From: Camelus ferus
Lineage: Eukaryota
NCBI RefSeq assembly: GCF_009834535.1
Contig: NC_045698.1
Span: 870,001-934,000, forward strand
DNA: 64,000 nucleotides
Reading direction: 5' to 3'
Under the pieces are notes generated by a model, which saw only the letters and a program-made list of their open reading frames with translations, was not told the DNA's origin and searched no databases. Below are positions 12,901 to 24,900 of the stretch, in pieces (positions within the stretch are counted from its first letter, which is position 1; each line of letters opens with the position of its first letter). A program made the translations under genes and the position numbers.

Positions 12901-15900
12901 GCCCCACCCTCTGGCAGGTCCGTCTGTGAACCCGGACGGTCCTGGCGGGGCGGGGGTTCAGGCATCCAAAAAGAGACAGCGGTGCCGACCATTAGGGGTT
13001 CAAGACGCTTACTTCTGCGTCGAATGAAGTTGGTCTTTGAAAAAAGAAAAACCCCAAACCTCAGAATAAGCACCACTAAGTACCTCCCCATCGCCTGCTG
13101 CCTGTGCCTCCAGCTCGGTCCCCAAGCGCCCGGCGGGGGCCCTGTGGGGGCCTGACGAAGCTTCCGGGCTGGCAAGAAGCCTCTCAGTGGCACTTTCAGG
13201 CTGTCCCCTATGCTGAACAATCTTGCTTTTTTGTCACAAGTGCCCGCAGCCCTGCACCTGGCACCGCCTTCCAGGGCCCACCATTCCCCCTGAAGCCCTC
13301 AGGAGGAAGGATAACCGGGAACTCACCCCAGGCCCCTCACCAGCCTGGCAAACTCTAGAAGGCAGGTGTCCTCGGGCAGGCGGAGCTGGCCTTCCGCTAG
13401 GGCCAGCTGGCAGTCTTCAAACGTGTAGTCAGTTATGGACACGCCCAGGGCCCTGCAAGAGAGGAGGGTGCCCCCGTTAGCTGCCCTGCACGCAGCTGCC
13501 CCCACTGTCCCCTCGGCCCTCGGGGCAGCAGAGCCAGGAGGACCTCCCGGGGATGGAAGGGGTCACACACCCAGGCCCCGATTCCCGCGACCCTCCACGC
13601 GGTCTCTCCGGACTCAGCTTTGATGGCAGAATTCCCTGTGGCCGTGACGTCTGCCAACCTAAGTGTCCCCCCCCTTGCTCCGGGACCCTCTCGGCATCCA
13701 CGAGCAGTTTGTTCACGAGAATGGGTGCATTTTAAAAAGGAAGCGCCTCCTCCTGTGGGACCTGAGTTATTTATCTGCATCGTGAACAACACTTTTGCTG
13801 AGGTTTCCTTGTGTTAATTTTGTAGCCTCCATAAAACTTACTTTAGTTAAACATTAAAAGAAAAATTGATAATACCGGTCGTGTCTAGAATAGAAGTGAA
13901 GTCATGAAAAGAACCAGTTTCCCAAGAATGGGAACCACCCGGCGGCTGAGACGCGGAGGGGCAGCCGAGACGTGGGCGGCCTTGCACAGTGCAGCCCCTG
14001 GGTTTAAAGGGCTGGGGGGGGGCTGTGAGGGGGCGGCTATCAACGCTTGACCTTGAGAAAGAACTAGAGGACCTGGCATCAGGAGGGAGGCTGCATTTAA
14101 AAGCAAGACTAACGTCCACAAATGCATGAAGACACCGGGTGAGCAGTCTTCGGGTCTCGCGCTCCAGGCTCGAGCGCCCCCTGCCGCCCCTGCCCCTGCC
14201 AGCCTGGCAGGCGGATTCCGGACGCTCTGACCAAGCGAGTGCCAAGGGCCAGGAATGGAGGGAGGGCGCACTGTGGAGCACCTTCCTGCGGGTAAACCCA
14301 CAAGGGCTGGACGGGAGGAACGTGCCGAGACACCAGCAAAGACCTCGCTTCCAAACCCCCTCCAGGTCAGAGGGTGCAGGCAGCTCCCCCCCAGCCAGAG
14401 GGCGTCTTGTCCTCCCTGAGCCGTCACACCCTCGAGTGACAAACAGGGGTGGCCACATGTCCTCGGGGAGCAGTGCCCCCCCCACCAGAGTGGGGCCCTT
14501 CCATCTGTCCCCTCCTAGAAGGGACATCTGGGCCAGTCTGAGCAGGACCTGGAAGGAGGAGACAGGACAGGACAGCGGGGCTGCAGGTAGGGTGATGTGG
14601 TTCCAGGACCCAGACCCTCAGCCCAGCCTCCTCCCTTAGCCTGTGGCATGAGCATACCCACCCCCCCGCCACCAGCAGGAGTTTTAACAGGAGTCACTGG
14701 GTGGCCAGGGCTCTGGACACCACAGTGTGTAGAAGGGCGATGCTGAGCGTCCATATGCAGCACCGAACAAAAGGCCTCACAGCTGACCCCAAACTTCAGT
14801 TCCTCGGACCTGGGGTGCCCCAGCTTCGTGGCTAGTGTGGTGCCACATGGTTTCCGCCCACTGGCCTGCGTCTGGTGCTATAAGCGTGACGCCGCCCACA
14901 GGGGTGCTTAATTCAGCTCAAGACATCTTTGCCGCAGGAGGGGCCACTGCTGTCAGGGCGGGCACTGCCCTGAAGTCAGAGGGAGTCAGAGCTCAGCCGT
15001 TCTGCAGACCTTGTCAGAGTCCCTGACAAGCGGCTTTTCCCTGAGATTAGACAGCACATCCACGACGGGAAACTCGCCAAGCACCCCCAGCCCAAGGACT
15101 GGCTGGGCCGTCCCACATTCTGGCGGTGCAGCCGGCCCTCGGCACCTGAGGGACCCACACCCCCGCCCCCACCAGTTTACACACGGGACGTGGCATCTGG
15201 GGGTCCTGGAGCCGCCGGCAGGTCCCGGGGGACAGGGATGCCGGCAGCTCCTTGTCGCCGCGGCAGCGCCGCATACGGCCTGGTAACGAGGAAGCAGAGA
15301 CTTCGAAGGCTTCCTTCCGTGGCTGCTAAGACGCCCCTGGAGCACTTAGGCCTGGTCGAGTGGGGACAGAAGGCAGCCTCACAGGGAGCTCTCTGAGTAT
15401 CCCACAGGGGAGGGATGACGCCGGGGCCCGCCCAGATGTGGGCCCTTCTCAGGCACATTTTTGGGTGGGGCTGAGGGCCAGGGAGGCGGCAGCCCACCCC
15501 CATGTTTCCAGAGTCCTGCTGCGCTGTGAGGCAGGGTGCACCTGGCGGGCCATCTGCCCTTCTCCACTGAACACGATGCATCTCCATTAACAGAGTATGG
15601 GGCGTCGTAAGAGTTTCTTTAGAATACATATTTTAAAATATTTAATAGTTAATTTATTTGAGCATAAACTAAAAAAAAAATTACATCTAACTTGTCGGGC
15701 CTGTGATTCTGTGATATGGTTTCCTTATCAAGAGGCTCATCGGGAGTGACCCCGAGCACCCTGTCTCCCCAGGGGCAAGTGCATCCTGAGTTCTGGCTGC
15801 TCTGCATCCCTGTGTGTGGTTCAGGGAAGGGCGATGGACTCCCCAGGGGCGGGAGCCCAAGGAGGGGGCAGGTTCCCCTGGACACCTGGTGCCTAACACT

Positions 15901-18900
15901 CTGCGGGGCGCATGGGCAGACTGAGCTCCTTGCTGAGTTTGATTCACGTGTGTTGAGGTGAATGCGTGATTTTGCTCAGCGCAGGCCCACGGGATGTGCT
16001 GAAAAGGGGATGGTGCGTATGAGGAGGTGGGGCTTCCTTTAGAACCTGTCACACCAGGGCAGTGGCAGCACCCCAACCCCCTGTAGCTGCGTGCTCCCCA
16101 CGGGGAACACGGTCTAAGTGCCCCTCCCAGCACCACGGTGGCCAAACGCAGAGGCAGCCCCCGCCTGGGAGACGAGAGGAGGAGAAAGGGCAGACGTGGA
16201 GGGACGGAGGCGGTCGGGGGTGTGGGCCAAGGCTGCCGCAATCTGAAACAAGCCAGGAGCTGTGTGAACAGACACTGAGGATGTTGCAACCGCATGCGTG
16301 CTGTCGTGGAAGTGATGGGAGGCATGTTACGAGATCAGGTGCACACAGCTCGGATCAGATGCCACACCCAGCTGGGCAGGATGGAATCAGAGCCTTAATG
16401 GCATTACACAGACAGACAGCAGAGTCCAGGGTGCTCCACCCCAGACCCTCCAGTCTGCGCAGGCCGGTGCTCTGACCGTGGCCCTGCTGCCCAAGATTGG
16501 GGATGCACACGGACGCAGCCCCTAGGGAGACCAATGACCAACGGGGATGGGTGCAATTTGTAGGATTCAGTGGCAATTAACCACCTTCCAAATGTTGGAC
16601 AAACAGAAATGTCCTTCAACAAAAGCAGGAGACAAAGTGTGCAGCCAAGCACACTCTGGCCTTTACTCGGCCCAGGCTGGTCCGAACACATCTTCCCGAT
16701 GCTGCTGGTTGTTTTTACAGCAATGAGATGACAGTGGAGGAGGAAAGCTCCGGGCAGCTGGGCATGAACACTGAGTAATGAACACTTAGGGAGGCCAAGG
16801 GCATCGGGGCATCCCGTGGACACCGCCAGCCAGCCGCAGGGGCTGGCCGTGTACTCACTCTGCCATCACGCGCCGCACGTTGCTGGCATACAGAGCGGGG
16901 TCCTTCCTCTCCTCCTCCGAGGGGCTGTACACGGGCAGGAACTGAGCATACAGAGGAGCGGCATTACCTGCATGAGCACCATGAGCACCGCCCCACCGTC
17001 GCCCCGCAAGTGACGATCACGAGGCCGACAAGTTACGATCTGTCGGCACCTGCCCCTAGAATCACCTTCAAAGCTGCCACTTCCCCTGACACAGAAGCCA
17101 GCGCAGCGTATCATAACTTTGCACACAGGCTTAGTCTTTGGATGCTGAAGAATCACACACGTGCTTCCGTTTCTAAGGGTCTCAGTTTTGTGTTGTGGAT
17201 AACAGCAAATTATTTCTAAATAAATGACTGTTCATAGCTTGTTGACATCTACCGCATTTGGAGAGCACAATGAGTCGCCTTGGGAGCATGTGCTGCATAA
17301 CTGACGCGTACGCAGTGTGTTACACGAGTGAGTCCTACACTCCGTGCAGAAAAGGCAAAAGCCACCACCAAGCCCCTTTCCTTTAACGCAGACATTCACG
17401 AGCGCAGACCTTCCCGACCTCCCACCCGTTCTCGTCGTGTAGTTACGGCCTTCCATGCACGGCTACATTTTTAGAACTATGTCAACTGCATCTGATAAGA
17501 GTGACACAGGAAAGAATTCAGAGGGATTTACAAAGCCATACAGTTTCTTTTCAACCCTTAAAATTAGACACCAGGTCTGACACAGAGCGTCTTCCTCCCC
17601 GCCGCTGCCTCCCAGCCGCCAGCCAACAAGTCACATAAGAACACCCCACGTGGTGGGCCTGCCGCCCTTGGACTCGGGCCGCGGCCCTTTTGGCTCAGTC
17701 TTTTATAACTAAGTGGCTTATGTTCTACTGAAATGAAAAGCCTGGCTGAGAGCTGGGCCTGTTGATGACGTGAGTGTTAGTCTGGGGTACTTACTGGAAG
17801 GCAGCAATCAAACGCTTTAAGTTGTGTAAAACTCATCTTTCACTGTCAGGTGTAGGAGGAGCAAGTTAGTTCCCCTTTTAAGAAACTAAACGATTCCTTA
17901 TCTACTCAGCGTAATTCACAGGCCGTGTGAATGGGACCATACTCATCTGAGCAGGGAGCAGGGAGCAGGGGTGTCGTGACTTTGGAGATGGGCTGAAAAC
18001 CGGGAGGCAGGCTACCTGGTCTGATTGAGTGTTAAACAGAGGATGGAGGAATGATAAATTCAGCAGTATGATTTCAGCAGTGCTACGATCGGGGGGAGGT
18101 ACAGGCCAAAAGAATCCTTAGCTGCATGTGTGTCAATTTCACATGCCCTTAAGCTATGCTAACCATGATAAAAGAATGAAGGTTTAGCTTCCTGTTGATT
18201 TAAAAATCCTATCTGGATGGATAAAAAGTCACGCAAGAGACACGAAGTGATTGATGCAAAACCACTGGGAAGCACCTCTAAGGAGCCATGAGAAATGGAA
18301 AGGGTTCAAAGCAAGAGAGAGGACACAACATGGTGCCTGGGCAGAGACCAACACAGCACTGTGTACCATTACATCCACGGGAACACCTGTGACACTGCAT
18401 CTGCACAGACACCAGCATAACACTGTGCAACATTGTATCTACAGAGATGAATAGAACATTGTAACTATACAAATGACATTGTATCCACAGGTGTGTTCCA
18501 GAGTAACCTTGTGTAACACTGTATCTTTACAAACCTCAATTTCCACTTGATTGTGAAACTGACACAGCGTGAGCCACAGGATTTTCAACCTTAAAAACAA
18601 ACAGATTTACACCACTGGTTAAAAGATTCTCAGTTCCTTGTAGTCAAATTACTCTCAGCTTGGGAGCAGAATCTGCAGACCCCGTTCCCCTGCAGAGGGC
18701 ACTACTGAGCAGGCAATGCTCCTTCAGAGGGGGAGGCTGAGCCTTCCTCAGCCTAAATCTGAACCTCAAAACACGGTAATGAGCTGAGCTGAGCAGCAAA
18801 GCCACTTCTGTTAAACAGCCTGACTGATCTTATTAAATACACTTGCACCTGCTTGAGTGAGCCCTGCAAGCCCCCCGCTTGGCCCCCAGCTCAGGAACCC

Positions 18901-21900
18901 TCATCCACCTGACACTCGTCCTTCCCTGGCTGTCCTCCCCCCAGCTGTCCCCCTCCCTCCCTGGCTGTCCACCCTCCCTGGCTGTCCACTCTCCCTGGCT
19001 GTCCTCCTCCCTCCCTGGCTGTCCCCCTCCCTCCCTGGCTGTCCACTCTCCCTGGCTGTCCTCCTCCCTCCCTGGCTGTCCCCATCCCTCCCTGGCTGTC
19101 CGCCCTCCCTGGCTGTCCTCCTCTCTCCCTGGCTGTTCCCCCTCCCTCCCTGGCTGTCCCCCCTCCCTCCCTGGCTGTCCCCCCTCCCTGGCTGTCCCCC
19201 CTCCCTCCCTGGCTGTCCCCCCTCCCTGGCTGTCCACCCTCCCTGGCTGTCCTCCTCTCTCCCTGGCTGTTCCCCCTCCCTGGCTGTCCCCCCCTCCCTG
19301 GCTGTCCCCCTCCCTCCCTGGCTGTCCGCCCCTCCCTGGTTGTCCCCCCCCTCCCTGGCTGTCCGCCCCTCCCTGGCTGTCCCCAGGCAGCCCCAGTGCA
19401 GACCACACAGGCCCTACAATGTACTTGTCACTTCCAGCCCCAAGCCCAGGCCACCAGGACCCGAAGGGCCTCCTCCCTAGGCCTTCTCCCAGTCCCCACT
19501 CTCTCCTCATCACCCTCCCTCCACCTCCTGCCTCCGTGGCAGCACCACTGCCTCTTGAACGTCAGCTCCCACGTTGGCACCTGGACCCCTGTGTGCCTCT
19601 TGCAGCCACGCAAGAGGTGGGTCCTGGGTTCCCCTGTCTTCTCTGGGGTCGAAACGTGATGGTGATCACTGAGCTGACAGACAGGCGGGAAGAGACGTGC
19701 TCAGTTACCTTCCCGCCAGGGCTGAAGACAATTAAGTTAAGTCCCGGAATCCAGGAGTGTGAGAAAGGCCAGCCTCGTGCTGCAACAGCTGAATTAGCCT
19801 CAGGGGCTGAACCGAGCTGCGGTCCAGCAGCAGCGGGCCACGTGCTCCGCGTCCACGCTTGCTGCAGTCACTCGAGCGGGCCTGCGCTTTCCCGCAGGAT
19901 GGGACAAACAAGACAGCACGGGGTCTGACTTACGCTCCGGGTCCTTGCCACGTCCACGTGATGGTGTCCTGGGGGCAAGAAAGGTGCGGATGAATCTGGA
20001 CTGGGAACCCCGCATGTGCTGCGTCCCTCCTCCTCCTGCGGGCGAGCCCGCCTCGCCCCGCCCTCCACTCAGCCCACCTCGGACCCCAGAGATGCTGGTC
20101 TCCCTCATCGCTCACGTCCACTCTGGGGCAGGACAGAAGGCGCGTCTCACCGCCCCCGGGTCCCCCCAGACACGCTCACCTCTCTTCCCACAGCTGCACG
20201 GTCACCAGTTCCAGCATCCACCTAAGACCCAGTCCCGCCCCTCTTCCCACTGTCGCCCTCCTCCCGGTACGTGTGGCACCTGCAGGCTACGGCACGGGCG
20301 CCCGCTTTGTGTGCCTGACTCTCAGACATGCTCTGCAGGCCTTGCCCTGCCTGTCACCACCCCCCCAGCTTCACGATGCTGTTGGCAGCCTCCTTCCAAC
20401 TCCACACCCACCTGTGCCCCCAAAGGTCCCCCTGCCCAGACTCTCAGTCAGAGACACTGGCAGGTCAGCCCCGGGCTCAGGAGGGAGCGGAACAGAGCAC
20501 TGCTGGGCCACATCTCCCCCACCCCGTGTGTGTCCAGGGCCCCGTGGGGGCATTTCCGCAGCTCTCCATCTTCAGCCTCAGCCCTGTACCAGCCACCCAG
20601 GTGAGGACGGGGGTGACACGTGTTCCAATTCTCCCCTGACACAGGTCACATCACCAGCCTGGGCTTCCTTCTCCTGTAGGCCTGACACCACCTGGACCCC
20701 TCCCATGGCCCCTGGCAACCCCACTGCCATGGGGCCTCCCGCGGTCCCCGGCCAGCTCCCCCCGCCCACTGTGCAGGTCTGGGCTCAAACCCCAAGCAGC
20801 GAAAGAACATACGACACAGACTGTGAGCACAAGGCAGGCATCCTGCTTGGGCACAACCGAGCCGAACGCTCCAGAAGACCCAGTGCCGTGCTTCAAATAA
20901 GTCAAAACTTAAAGGGGGAAATCTAGAATTCCACACACTGATGGCGGAGTCTCCTTCTCAGAAACTGGCTAACGAACGCCTCTTCAGAGTCACAAGAACA
21001 GTCACATCTGCTGGTTCTGACTGGCCTCCGTTTCCTGGCCGCTCTCCTGGGCCTGTCCACACCCACAGGAACAGGATCAGTGCGCAAACCTTGGACCCGA
21101 CAGGCTTGGCTGGGAAACGGGTGGCCCGAAAGCCCCTCGTGAGCACAGATGTCACAGGAATCCTGCCATGTCTGCACTGGCAACTCCAGAGCCCCCGGGC
21201 CATGCCCCGCGTTTCTCTGGCACCGTCAGAAAGACACAGTGGACAGAGGAGGCTCATGAACGAATCCACCTTTCATCCTCTGCTGAGTGACATTCGGTGG
21301 ACCTGCACCCAGGAGGGCCGGGGCACGAGCCCGGGACCCCTCAGCTCAGAGGGCCCCACGTCCACTGAGGTACCTGCTGGAGGGGGTCACAGATGCACAG
21401 GGGAGGCTCGTCCCGGCCCCCCGGCCCATGAGACCGGCAGGACCTCTGAGTCCCAACGGCTGCCCCAGGCCTCCGGCCTTCAGGACGTAAAGATTCTCAA
21501 TTTCAAAACATCCTGGCATGTGAGCTGGGCAGTGAGAGCGGCTGAGGGCACGGGAGTCTCACACCAGCACGTCCGGATCGAGACCAGCCACCACTCCCTG
21601 ACCCACAAGAGTGGGACTTTGTGAGCGAGTGCCGGGGGAGGTTCCGGAACACCGGGGTTGACGGAAACGCGGTGCGCTGGGACGCCGCGCAGTTCTCATC
21701 CCCCGGGAATTTGCACGGACCCTTGTGCCCAGGAAAGCACACTTACCAGTCTGTTTGGGTACCGCAGAACAACGGGCTGGACGGGGACGCCCGGGATGAA
21801 TGCGCCTGCGGGGGAAGGGACACCGTCTTACTTCTGGGCGGCAGGTCCTCCGCCCACCTTCGCGCGCGGGTCTCAGAACAGAACAGGCCTCTCCGCCAGG

Positions 21901-24900
21901 CCCTCCCAGTCGGTGGCCGGCGGTGCCCACGCGCCGTGCCTGCGTGGACACTCAGAAAGCCGGGGCGGCGGCACACAGGCACGGGGGCGCCTCCAGGCCG
22001 AGGCGTGCTGGCAGAGTGAGGGGCTCAGGGAGAACAGGAAATAAGAAAACTACGTACCAGGTTTGAAGGTAATCAGGCAGGTCCTGTTGGTACAAGTGCC
22101 TTCTGGAAAAATCATTATCTTGAAATGGAATAAAAAGACCAGCGTTAGGGGCGGGTTCAGAGCTCACAGGGGGCGATGCTCACAGCGCCTCTCTGACCGT
22201 CCGACCACACTCGGCTGAACAGGGCGGCGTGCCTGTGGAAGCGCTCACTGATCTCTCTGACGACTGGCTTTACTACCATCGGGAAGCAGCCCAGCTCGTG
22301 CCCCCATAGACGGCGGGGCTGGCAAACGGGTGGCGGTCCTGCCCACCGTGCGGCTGCTGCGAGGACTGGACACAGCTGCCCGGGGCAGGCACCCCACAAG
22401 CCCAAAGAGGGCAGGCGGGGAGCCCTGGCCGAGGATGGGGCCTCGGGCCGGGGTGCTGGGCCAGCAGCGCCAACGCCCACAGAACCAGCGGCTACGGCCG
22501 CCGTCCTCTCTGGGACTTCAGTTACTCTCTTGTGCTGACTTCCAGCGACGTAACTTAAGCGGAACCCTCCCCCGCGTGCTGGAAGGTCCAGCCGTGAGGC
22601 CGCATGCACTCCTGGCCCTGGAGGAAAGACTGCCTCACCCACAGAGCCAGCGTGGGCCCTACCAGGCCCGCCCGAGAGTCAGGCAGGTGAGCTGAGTGGA
22701 GGGCGTTCGACCTGCACTCGGAGGGGCAGCCAGAGCACCTGGAAGCCGCGGCCCATCCACGGGTGTGGGCGCCCCCAGCCAGGCCGTCGATGTCTTCTGA
22801 GCAGCCAGAACCCCACAGTTCTGTGGGATTTCCAGCTTCTCAGCGTCGGCTCAGCGGAAGACAAACAAGAACAAACCAGCTCGTGTCAAATGCGACCACG
22901 GGGAGTGTGAGCAGAGGCCCCGCCTCGCAGCCCAGCTCAGCCTCCCCGACGTCCCAGGGAGGCAGACGCTCCAGGCGAGCCCAGCGAGGGGTTCAGCAGT
23001 GCGTGGACACACCCTGCAGACTCACTGACTATTCGGACACGAGACTGTGCAGGGAGGCAGGGTGGTCAGCTCTTTCCAACTCAGAACGGACAAAAAGATT
23101 CATTTTTAATAAAGGTGATTTGGGAACTCGAGATGCCTGAGAACTGCTTTTCACTAGTTCTTTTGTTGTTAAAACTCCAGAACCCAAGCACCTCCTTGGA
23201 TTTGCCACCTTGAAGGTAAAACGGAGCAAAACAAACCCCGCCTCCGGGAGGGCAGGCCTGCCCTCACACACCTCCTTTCTCCTCCAATCTCTAAGTTCCC
23301 GTTTTTAAGAATAAATCTGCTCAAAATGCGAGCAGGGCTGCGCACCTGTGGCCACTTCCCACCGGACTGTGCCCGCCTCTTGATCTCTTCCACTGTCTTC
23401 CTGCGGGAATCCTGGTCTGATCGGGACACGAACACGGGCCGGATGTACTTTATCAGAGCTGCAAGAGAGGATAGGGCACTCGGGTGGGGCCAGCGGCCAA
23501 CGGGGGCCGCCCACGGCGACCAGGGAGACGTGAGGCTGCAGGTGCCCGACCACGAGGGAGTCGGGGAACCACCGAAGTCCCCTGGACTCAGACGACGCCA
23601 GGGAGCCTGACAACCCTCGGGGCCAGGAGTGACAGCTCCACAGATGACGCATCAGGAGAAAGAGACAGACGAGGCTGACCCTCCAGGGAGCAGAGAGCCT
23701 TCGGTCACCTGTGTCACCGGGGAAGGCGAGAAAGGCCCAGAACCAGAAGGGCCTGGGGCGTGTGGCTTGGACCCTGCCAGCCCCACTGTGGGTTGAGCTG
23801 TGTCCCTCAGAAAGACAGGCTGACGTCCTAGCCCAGGTGCCAGCTTCTGCAGATGTGGTCAAGTTAAGAGAAGGCTGTCCTGGACAGGGCTGGGCCTTCA
23901 CCAGTGGCTGGTAACCCCAGAAGAAGGGAGAAGAGACGGACACCGAGGGAGAGCCCATGTGACAACGAAGGCAAAGACGAGAGATGCGGCCACAACCGGG
24001 GACGCCCGGAACAGCTAGGGGCCAGCAAAGGCTGGGGGGGGGGGCCCGGGACGGATTCTCCCTGGGAACTGACCTGCCCACACCTCGATTTTGGGCTCCT
24101 GGCCCCAGGGCGGTGAGACAGTGTACATTTCTTTCTATGTTAAGCTGCCCGGGCTGCAGCATCTGTCACGGCGGCCCCGGGACACTCACACAGGCCCTGT
24201 CCTAAGCGGGCGTGGCAGCCCAGGACCCCCTCGGCGAGGCTGGGGCGCCACCATTGAAGGTGGGAAGGCACTTCCGGGAAGTGAAGACTCTGACCCGAGG
24301 TGAGCGGGCCCCGCCCACCTGCCCCGCACCCGGCCCCGCCTCGCGGCGCCCAGGGCGAGCCTCGAGCTTCTTTCTGAGCACTTTTGCCACTGGTAAGGAG
24401 CAGTACTTCATGACTGATTTCTTGGAGGTCTTCCAAAAAGCAAAGAGAACACATTTTTTAAAAGAATAAAATTCCATGAAGCTGGCGCCACGGGACTCAC
24501 AAAATCGAAGGCACATGGACCTGAGTGACGTTTTTTTTCTTACGTCTTGAAATATTTCGCTTGTTCGCCGAATTGGAACTGCTTCACCTTTCCTTGCCAA
24601 CTATTCCTGACGCCGCTCAAAACGATGTGAGAAGGAAAGGGGGCTCGGGGGGAATAGCCCAGAGGGACAAGGGGACGGAGAAATAAGTGGCCGGCCGACC
24701 ATCTCTCAGGCTTCTCACTGTCTGGCCCCGAGCACAGCGTCGCCTCCTGGAGGGCGGGGGGGAGGGGCCTGCAGACGTGGCCGGGGTGGGCTTTACTGGC
24801 CAGACCTGGAAGTCTCCCTTTTCTGTCTACATGGCAAAGACGGGAACACTGACGAAGAGGCTTTTTAAGCCTCTTGGATGAACTGGAAGCTGAAGGCAGA

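Noticed and set aside
16960..16975. Donor-like CAG|GTAATG just upstream of the exon 9 acceptor
   Set aside because: Only ~26 nt from the acceptor, too short to define an intron
18833..19928. ORFs of 171-349 aa on both strands
   Set aside because: Translations of the intron-7 minisatellite
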